DNA from: an uncultured bacterium
GTDB lineage: Bacteria; Cyanobacteriota; Cyanobacteriia; Cyanobacteriales; Chamaesiphonaceae
Direction of reading: 5' to 3'
NCBI GenBank assembly: GCA_964247085.1
Contig: CAXTSX010000013.1
Span: 5,889-69,888, forward strand
DNA length: 64,000 nt
Numbering within the stretch: position 1 is the stretch's first letter; the number at the start of each line of letters is the position of its first letter. Below the pieces are notes generated by a model, which saw only the letters and a program-made list of their open reading frames with translations, searched no databases and was not told where the DNA came from. Both the position numbers and the translations under genes were made by a program. Positions 38,371 through 45,340 of this stretch are shown one piece after another.

Positions 38371-39355
38371 CCTAGAAACTCCATCATAGCTACTCTTAAA
38401 GGTTTTTCCGCTCTCCCCGCCGACACATTGGCCCTAACCAAAAAAACCTTTACACCGCAACCGAAGAGGCACTGCTTCAAGATGGAACCACGGCTAGCGA
38501 TACCACTGGCACCCGCAGCCGAATTATTCAGTACAATCTAGCCACCAGTCAGCCCGCTCAGGAGTTCATCTACGTCACCGATCCGATCGCTAAACCAGCC
38601 ATCCCGGTAGATGGTGGCAAAACAATGGTTTAGTAGATTTACTGGCGATCGACAATCAAGGTACGCTTTTGGCCTTGGAACGCTCCTTCTCGGTCGGTGC
38701 GGGTAACACAATTAAAATTTATCAAATCACTTTGCCCGGTGCGACAGATGTAAGTTCGATCGATTCCCTGAGCAGCCTCAGTTCCGAACAGTTAAACAAA
38801 CTCCAACCCGCCCAGAAAAAGCTCCTCCTCAACCTTGATGATCTGAAGTTGGAAAAAGGCTTGGATAATATTGAAGGTTTGACCTTTGGTCCGCCCCTGC
38901 CAGATGGTCGGCGATCGATCGTGTTGGTTAGCGACAATAATTTTAGCGATCGGCAATTCACCCAGATTTTATCGATCGGAGCCGACATTCCTCCGGCTAC
39001 CCCCAGATCGATCGGCATGGTTCCAGGAAAAAGCCGTGGGAGCCAGGATCTACTCGATGCTGGTATGAATGACATTTTTGCTGGGACTGGTAACGATTAC
39101 ATCACACCCGCTCAGGATAGTAAAACACTCGATCTATTCGCGCTTGATAATGATCGCCTCTCGCGTAGTTCTAATACCATGACAGATTTTCCACTTCGCC
39201 TGGATAATTTCTCCCGCAGTGGCATCGGCAACAATACACAGTTTGCTGATCTCCCAGGGGTTCAACAGGGAATTAATTCAGCGATCGATCTTGGGAATCA
39301 GCAACTACTGATGCCACTCGGTATGCCATCGAATCCCAATTTATCAAAAATCTGA
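38371..39355 (+). pseudogene. Decayed phytase-like esterase gene (PF13449-type, RTX-like tail): 5'-truncated with two frameshifts
   Basis: Family-like sequence is spread over three frames: ..GFSALPADTLALTKK | NLYTATEEALLQDG...PIAKPAIPVDGGK | NNGLVDLLAIDNQGTLLALERSF...DNIEGLTFGP..LVSDNNFS. Both frame breaks fall in A-runs (A7 at 38440-38446, A4 at 38619-38622). No start codon or signal peptide lies upstream. The listed ORF 38669..39355 is only the last fragment. Confidence 0.6.
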
Positions 39356-39469
39356 GCAAATTCACCAAACCATCCTCACCAGAAAACACTGGTGAAGTAA
39401 GGCGGTCACACATCGTAATTAATTGCTGATTCAGATCTAGTATGGATCTGATCAGCAATTTTCATCTCT

Positions 39470-40585
39470 ATGGACATTTGGCAACAGCAACGGGCTTGGA
39501 TCGAGATCGACCATCGCGCCCTAGCCCGTAACACCCAACAGCTCAAGAACCTCTTAGCACCCCAAACGGCACTGATGGCCGTAGTCAAAGCTGATGCCTA
39601 CGGTCATGGAGCGATCGAAGTCGCCAAGACCGTATTAGCTAATGGGGCTAGTTGGCTGGCCGTAGCCACCGTCCCGGAAGGAGTCGAGCTGCGCCAAGCG
39701 GGCATCACTGCGCCCATTTTATTGTTGGGAGCTGCCCATACCGTTGAGCAAATTCGATCGATCGAGCAGTGGGATTTAGAACCCACGATCGTTAATGTTG
39801 CCCAGGCCATGAACTTTCAGCAGGAGTTAACGCGCCCTATTCCTGTTCATCTCAAGATTGACACGGGCATGTCCCGGCTGGGTACTAATTGGCAGGAATC
39901 GATCGCCTTTTGTAAAACTGTCCAACAACTCCCGACATTGCAAATTGCCAGCATTTACTCCCACCTAGCCACGGCGGAAGATTTAGACCAAACAGTACTG
40001 CGGCAACAACAGGAACGATTTGATCAAGTAATCTCTGAACTTCGTCCCTTGTTTGATACCATGCCGCTGCTTCATTTAGCCAACTCCGCTGGTCTGTTAG
40101 TTGATGAAAAATTGCATTACGATATGGTGCGGGCTGGCTTAGCCCTGTATGGTTTCTACCCAGAGCCGCATCTGAAAGACGATCGAACTAATCTTCAACC
40201 AGTGTTGACCCTAAAAGCCCGGATTACCCAAATCAAAAAAATCGCCGCTGGCACCGGCATTAGCTATGGTCACCGTTTTATCGCGCCCCAGGAGATGTCG
40301 ATTGCGATCGTCGGGATTGGTTATGCCGATGGCGTGCCTCGCCGCTTGTCGCAACAAATAACAGTGTTGATCGATGGTCACCGGGTGCCCCAAGTGGGCA
40401 CGATCACGATGGATCAAATTATCTTGGATGTGAGCAAGTTGCCGACAGTACAAGTTGGTGATGTGGTGACGCTGCTGGGCGCCGAAATTACGGCCGATGA
40501 TTGGGCGGCGCAGCTGGACACTATTTCCTGGGAAATTTTGTGTGGCTTTAAAGATCGGTTGCCGAGACTAGCAGTATCCTCTTAG
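39470..40585 (+). CDS. alr: Alanine racemase
   Basis: 371 aa. PLP-lysine motif AVVKADAYGHGA, N-terminal RAWIEIDHRAL, C-terminal fold collinear with Alr. Confidence 0.9.
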   Translation: MDIWQQQRAWIEIDHRALARNTQQLKNLLAPQTALMAVVKADAYGHGAIEVAKTVLANGASWLAVATVPEGVELRQAGITAPILLLGAAHTVEQIRSIEQWDLEPTIVNVAQAMNFQQELTRPIPVHLKIDTGMSRLGTNWQESIAFCKTVQQLPTLQIASIYSHLATAEDLDQTVLRQQQERFDQVISELRPLFDTMPLLHLANSAGLLVDEKLHYDMVRAGLALYGFYPEPHLKDDRTNLQPVLTLKARITQIKKIAAGTGISYGHRFIAPQEMSIAIVGIGYADGVPRRLSQQITVLIDGHRVPQVGTITMDQIILDVSKLPTVQVGDVVTLLGAEITADDWAAQLDTISWEILCGFKDRLPRLAVSS

Positions 40586-40631
40586 TTTTAGCTCGATCAC
40601 GCTCTCCAGTATTTAGAATATTGCATTACGA

Positions 40632-41027
40632 TTAAATAAATAGACTGGGGGATACATGAAACAATTGCCCCAAAGTTTTAGCTTGAGCTTTGCTAACGGA
40701 TCTTTTTCCGTTAACTATTTCTGACACTACCCCTCTAGAGCCAATTACACCGACTAGTTCTTCTTGTTTTATATTGCGTGCTTCCATCAAATGCAGCAGC
40801 ATTTTATCCGATGCAACATCCGGTAATGGATAACTATTCTCTTCAAATCTTTCAATTAAAATAATTAGCAGTTCTAGAAGGGTGTCTTCTTCTGGGGTGC
40901 GCTGATGGTGTTCTAATGATTCTGCCAGAAGAATCGCTGCTTCATTTTCAGCTTCGGTTTCGATCGCTTTAGGCTGATATTGAGCTAATAGTTCGCCATA
41001 GACGTTACGGTTAATAGTATGGATCAT
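40632..41027 (-). CDS. higA: HigA-family antitoxin (XRE HTH with N-terminal extension)
   Basis: C-terminal HTH ...NIKQEELVGVIGSRGVVSEIVNGKRSVSKAQAKTLGQLFHV. It lies directly downstream of higB and overlaps it. Alternative ATG at 41048. Confidence 0.75.
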   Translation of the reverse strand: MIHTINRNVYGELLAQYQPKAIETEAENEAAILLAESLEHHQRTPEEDTLLELLIILIERFEENSYPLPDVASDKMLLHLMEARNIKQEELVGVIGSRGVVSEIVNGKRSVSKAQAKTLGQLFHVSPSLFI

Positions 41028-41310
41028 TTTTCCATTTATCCTGATCATATTCAGAGTGGGTTAACACGTATTTGATGTAGATGCGTTGGGTCGCGTACAC
41101 AATGCTGGTAATTAAGCGATAGTCATTGCCTTTGATATTGAAAACGGTGAAGTTACCGACAGAATCGGTAGCTGGGTAGGTTTGCCTAACATCCACTAGA
41201 TTTTCCCAGGCGGCTGATTTTGCAATCCGATACCAAGAATCTAGTTGATCGGCCACGTCAGTATGTATTTCGGCAAATTCTAGTAGTCTTTTGCGACTGA
41301 CGATGTGCAT
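41011..41310 (-). CDS. higB: HigB-family (RelE-fold) toxin
   Basis: 99 aa. MHIVSRKRLLEFAEIH...WYRIAKSAAWENLVDVRQTYPATDSVGNFTVFNIKGNDYRLITSIVY..IYIKYVLTHSEYD matches the HigB_toxin pattern from memory. Confidence 0.8.
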   Translation of the reverse strand: MHIVSRKRLLEFAEIHTDVADQLDSWYRIAKSAAWENLVDVRQTYPATDSVGNFTVFNIKGNDYRLITSIVYATQRIYIKYVLTHSEYDQDKWKNDPYY

Positions 41311-41419
41311 GGATTGGAATATGTCGGTGTAATCCCATGTTCTCGCAATGAGAATAAAAAGTCAAGAATTTAGTTCGATCGTCTTCTTCAGGCTCAGAAT
41401 ATTGTCATTAGACTAATAG

Positions 41420-41630
41420 CTAATGATGGGATTGGTTTGATTTATACAGTAGGGCGGCTTTTAAGTCGTCTGCTTCCAGATCTGGAAAGTCTTCTAAAAT
41501 TTCTTCGATACTTATTCCGGCGGCGAATAGGTCTAGAATATCTTGTACTCGGATTCTCATGCCGCGTATGCAGGGGCGACCGCCACATTGCTTAGGGTTG
41601 ATGGTAGATTCTTTGGAGTAGTTCAGACAT
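41420..41630 (-). pseudogene. DUF433 antitoxin-like gene with an N-terminal +1 frameshift
   Basis: The ATG frame gives MSELLQRIYHQP-stop. The adjacent frame gives ..STINPKQCGGRPCIRGMRIRVQDILDLFAAGISIEEILEDFPDLEADDLKAALLY, the full DUF433 core. Removing one nt in the first ~25 nt restores a normal DUF433 protein. No DUF5615 partner follows. Confidence 0.55.
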
Positions 41631-41901
41631 TAGGTAACAACTATTATTCAGTGTCGGTGAGATTGATCGCGTTCCTCTGTATTAGTCTGATGAGCGGGAT
41701 CAGGACTCATGCTTTTGCTTGATGAATTTTTCTCCGTTGATCGGAGGTGGCGATGGCGGTTGTAATCTAAGCATCTTGGGAAGCCATGAGAAAGTTAGAG
41801 TAATGTAGATCGAACTCCACAGCATTCAAAATATTGAGCAGAGCAAATAAACTTAATAGCCAGATAATTTCTGAGATTTTACAAATGTTATCGACGAGTT
41901 G

Positions 41902-43467
41902 TCAAATAGATATTGTTGTTATATCTTGACGTTCTCTAGCTAACATTTTCCGATAGTCATTAGCCGCAGCAATCTTAGTGAAAGTTACTTCAGATTTGCA
42001 GATTTTGAGTTCTTTATCTGTTTCTCTTACAACTCCAACTATTTCATCTAATGAGACTTTAAAGAACTCCTTTCTTGTATTTTTCTTGTTCATTCTTCTG
42101 TGGTTGAAGCATTTATGTAATCGGGATTCAAGCTCTGGGGCATTTTCGCAGAATATCATAGCGTGAACATCAAAAGGAAAGGGAACAGAAGCATCACCTA
42201 GCTCCTTCACTCGATCCATGGGGTCAAGACGGCGCGTCATACCAATTTTGTAAATATTTTCGCCAAACGAACCGATATTTGAAATTATATAAACGTGTCC
42301 AAATTTAGTCAATTGAGCTTGAGAGATAGCCCTCATTTTATTTGCTTCAGCCTCTGCAAGGCGTTTTTGCAATTCCTTAATTTGGCTGAATAGTTTCTCT
42401 TGAGCTTTACCTGTAGCTGTTTTCACTTCCCTATGAGCCTTTTCTAAAGCCTCTTGATAACGTCGTTCCTCTTGTTCAGCCTCTTGTTTAGCTTTTTCAA
42501 GTTCGCGGAATGCTTTTTCCTCTTCGCGCATTTGTTCACGAATAATACGCTGTTCTTCTTGCTCTTGATACTTTCTTTCTTGATATTCGTGAGTTAACCA
42601 AAGTTCTTGTAATTTCAAATCTAAAAAGTGTGGGGTGATTTCACAGTGACTAGTTTGAGATAGTTTATTCAAATCACCATAGGTTTTCTTGATCCGATTT
42701 TCCATTACCTGAACATTGTGATACTTCACTTTAACAATAGCAGAATCACATTCACCATTGAAAGCACGTAAAACTAACTTAAGAAAATCATTAGTCATTT
42801 TTTCCCCTTCTTTTAGGCTGCCACTAACTGACCATTTCGTTTCACATATAGCAGCTTTATTTCCCCGAAGCATCTCTTTTTGCTGAACACTAATTTGATC
42901 TAATCGTTGTTTGTATTCTTCTACTTCTTGGAAATCATATTTAGAATTGTAAAATCCAAATGCTTCAATTATTTCTTGCTCTTCCAATCCATGAAGCTGT
43001 ATTTTAAGTAATGAAATTTTGAGATGTAACTCTTTTTCTTTAGATTGAATCTGTTTTTTAGTTTGTTTACATTTATCCATCAAAGTAGTGATCTTTCCGT
43101 CCAACTCTTTAACGGTATTTTCTCTAGATATGATTCCGCCATACTTCTGATTAATTTCCTGTAACTGTCTATTTGTCTCTTGTAAACTCTGTTGACTTAT
43201 TGTGCAATCATTATTTAGTTTGATTACTATGGTATTAGCTTCCTGCAACTGTCTACTTGTCTCTTGCAAATTCTGTTGACTTATTGTGCAATCATTATTT
43301 AGTTTGATTGCTATAGTATTAGCTTCCTGTAACTGTCTACTTATCTCTTGCAAATCCTGTTGACCTACTGTATAAGCATTGTTTAATTTGAATACCACAG
43401 TAACCGCAGCTGCTAATCCAATTGACAAAAAGAGCAGTAAATACATCATGAAAGTAAACCAAATCAC
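41902..43467 (-). CDS. Membrane-anchored DUF4041 / T5orf172 (MUG113, GIY-YIG-like) domain protein
   Basis: 521 aa. N-terminal TM (MIWFTFMMYLLLFLSIGLAAAVTVVF), three 28-aa repeats, coiled coil, DUF4041-like core (FGFYNSKYDF..LRAFNGECD..KYHNV), an E/K/R-rich helix, and a C-terminal GHVYIISN..NIYKIGMTRRLDPMDRVKELG...FPFDVH T5orf172 pattern. Confidence 0.8.
   Translation of the reverse strand: MIWFTFMMYLLLFLSIGLAAAVTVVFKLNNAYTVGQQDLQEISRQLQEANTIAIKLNNDCTISQQNLQETSRQLQEANTIVIKLNNDCTISQQSLQETNRQLQEINQKYGGIISRENTVKELDGKITTLMDKCKQTKKQIQSKEKELHLKISLLKIQLHGLEEQEIIEAFGFYNSKYDFQEVEEYKQRLDQISVQQKEMLRGNKAAICETKWSVSGSLKEGEKMTNDFLKLVLRAFNGECDSAIVKVKYHNVQVMENRIKKTYGDLNKLSQTSHCEITPHFLDLKLQELWLTHEYQERKYQEQEEQRIIREQMREEEKAFRELEKAKQEAEQEERRYQEALEKAHREVKTATGKAQEKLFSQIKELQKRLAEAEANKMRAISQAQLTKFGHVYIISNIGSFGENIYKIGMTRRLDPMDRVKELGDASVPFPFDVHAMIFCENAPELESRLHKCFNHRRMNKKNTRKEFFKVSLDEIVGVVRETDKELKICKSEVTFTKIAAANDYRKMLARERQDITTISI
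43158..43409. repeat. 84-bp tandem repeat, about 3 copies, in frame inside the DUF4041 gene
   Basis: Units start at 43158, 43242 and 43326 (exact 84-nt period). Units 1 and 2 differ at only a few positions and unit 3 is more diverged. They encode (L)NN(A/D)(Y/C)T(V/I)(G/S)QQ.LQE.SRQLQEANTI.IK. Confidence 0.85.
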
Positions 43468-43646
43468 CTAAATATTATTTAGGTTTCCCAAAATATCGCC
43501 CTATTGTATAGATCTAAATATATTATTTTTGAGAGTAGAAAATTTACACTATCAATACTTGTCAGTACGTCATTACTGAACCAACTATCTCAAGACAGCA
43601 AGAAAAAATATTTTTAGCTAACCACCTAAAGTTTTCATAAATCTCT

Positions 43647-43857
43647 TTAAACCCCACATTCCGTTAGTTCGATCGGCTAAAAAATAAGAAGACCTAAAAT
43701 CCTGTTACATCAACGACTCTAGCGATTTAGCCTGTTTTTGGCGATCAAGAGATTATTATCAATAGTCTGAGCTTATTGATAATAAAATCCCTACGATTTT
43801 ATGGCTTCGTTTTAATTATTTTTTGATCGCTTGGACTAGCGGAATGTGGGTTAAACC
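43647..43857. repeat. MITE-like nested inverted repeat in an ORF-free spacer
   Basis: Outer imperfect ~40-bp arms: TTTAAACCCCACATTCCGTTAG..AAAAAATAA at 43647-43688, and TTATTTTTT..CTAGCGGAATGTGGGTTAAAC at 43816-43857, with a perfect CCCACATTCCG/CGGAATGTGGG core. Inner perfect 12-bp hairpin TTATTATCAATA (43753-43764) / TATTGATAATAA (43774-43785). Confidence 0.35.
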
Positions 43858-44028
43858 ACTAAAAATCCATGCCGCCGTCGCCGGAGCCGACTCCTCATCC
43901 CCCATCAAAATTCGATCCAACTCAATACCGTTCGGTTAAGTAGCCTCAAAAATCAGACTATGAGTTGAAGTGTTAAAATTCAGATAAGCCAATGTTGGCA
44001 ACGATTCTTTCAGGAAAAACTAAAGCAA

Positions 44029-44262
44029 ATGTTTGACAAATCCAGAATCACTTTTGACCCCAGAATCATGGGTGGACAAGCCTGTATTAGGGGAATGCGG
44101 ATACCAGTTTCCTTGATTATCAATTTACTCGCCCATAGTAAACCGCGTCCAGAAATTTTGTCTGAGTATCCAGATTTAGAGGACGAAGATATTTCTGCTG
44201 CTTTGATGTACGCAGCATGGTTGGCTCAAGATCGTTTTGTAAATTTTGAGCAAGCTAGTTAA
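44029..44262 (+). CDS. DUF433 domain protein (antitoxin-like)
   Basis: 77 aa. ITFDPRIMGGQACIRGMRIPVSLIINLL...YPDLEDEDISAAL is the DUF433 pattern. The stop overlaps the next start (TAATG). Confidence 0.8.
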   Translation: MFDKSRITFDPRIMGGQACIRGMRIPVSLIINLLAHSKPRPEILSEYPDLEDEDISAALMYAAWLAQDRFVNFEQAS

Positions 44263-44627
44263 TGCGTTTTCTAACTGACATGGGCATTTCTCTACGAACA
44301 GTGGAGTGGCTCAGGGAGAAAGGCCATGATGTTGTCCATCTACGAGATGATGGTTTACAGCGATTACCCGATGACCAAATCTTAGAAAAATCTAGATTGG
44401 AAAACAGGATTTTGCTAACTGTTGATCTAGATTTTGCTCAACTTTTAGCCATATCACAATCGTCTCTGCCAAGTGTAGTTTTGTTTAGGCTCGGCAATGA
44501 AAACTACGACCAAATCAATGACTGTCTAAATTTACTGATAGATGAATACGCAGAAGATTTAATCATGGGAGTCGTGATATCAGTAAATCAAAAAGGTTTT
44601 AGAGTAAGAAAACTACCGATCGATTAG
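44262..44627 (+). CDS. DUF5615 (PIN-like / Mut7-C-like) putative toxin
   Basis: 121 aa. MRFLTDMGIS..TVEWLREKGHDVVHLRD..L..LPDDQILEKSRLENRILLTVDLDF matches my memory of DUF5615, the usual DUF433 partner. Confidence 0.8.
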   Translation: MRFLTDMGISLRTVEWLREKGHDVVHLRDDGLQRLPDDQILEKSRLENRILLTVDLDFAQLLAISQSSLPSVVLFRLGNENYDQINDCLNLLIDEYAEDLIMGVVISVNQKGFRVRKLPID

Positions 44628-44650
44628 TTGTAATGCCCAAATTATAGTAA

Positions 44651-45166
44651 CTAAGCACTGTAAGGATCGGTGTAGTTTTGGATATTTTCAGGATTGAAAG
44701 TCCGCAAAACCTTGGTAGCCTGTTGAATCACCAGCGCCGAACCCTCCACCACCACAATATAATTACCCATCTCTAGCAAACTGCGGTAAGGCAAGGCATC
44801 CTTGCGGCCAAACAGCCTGCCCATACTGCCACCAACCGCAATACTGCCCATCGTGCCGCCGATCGCACCCAGCACCCCGCCCACTACATGATTACCAATT
44901 TCTCCTGCCCAGGCAAATGTCTGTAAACCAGTCGCCAAACTAAAAGCAATCCCACCTAAGAAACCAAAGGGCACAATCCAGGAAGCCATCAGCTTTGATT
45001 GCTTAATAGCATCATTATTCGGATCGACTAACCCAAATTCATCGGCACTTTTATAACCGCGTCCTAACATCGTCACCTTATCCATCGCAAAACCCTGGCG
45101 TTCTAGCTCGGTATAGGCCGCTTCGGCTTGGATTCGATCGATCAACACCGTAATAAGACAATTCAT
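44651..45166 (-). CDS. Hypothetical membrane protein with a Gly-zipper segment
   Basis: Start at the ATG giving MNCLITVLIDRIQAEAAYTELERQGF. Central GGVLGAIGGTMGSIAVGGSMG. The listed ORF, up to 45292, extends across the divergent serA promoter region. Confidence 0.6.
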   Translation of the reverse strand: MNCLITVLIDRIQAEAAYTELERQGFAMDKVTMLGRGYKSADEFGLVDPNNDAIKQSKLMASWIVPFGFLGGIAFSLATGLQTFAWAGEIGNHVVGGVLGAIGGTMGSIAVGGSMGRLFGRKDALPYRSLLEMGNYIVVVEGSALVIQQATKVLRTFNPENIQNYTDPYSA

Positions 45167-45340
45167 ATGTTTAAAGTTTGAAAGTTGTAGATTTGTTAAA
45201 TTAGTTAGAAAAACAACCGAAAATGGGAATTTTAGATAAATCCCTGCTCGAAGCGCACCCATAAGACCTAAAATGGCACTTTGCACGATCAATTACCATC
45301 CGATCGTTATCCCCTGCACAGTATACTCACCTCACCTACC

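Noticed and set aside
41683-41707. CTGATGAG motif suggesting a hammerhead ribozyme core
   Set aside because: No stem II followed by GAAA, and no suitable stem I/III or cleavage-site context, is present. The motif is just one arm of a simple hairpin (AGTCTGAT-GAGCGGG-ATCAGGACT).
43158-43409. Tandem repeats considered as a possible CRISPR array
   Set aside because: The period of 84 bp has no unique spacers, the repeats are in frame inside a CDS, and there are no cas genes.
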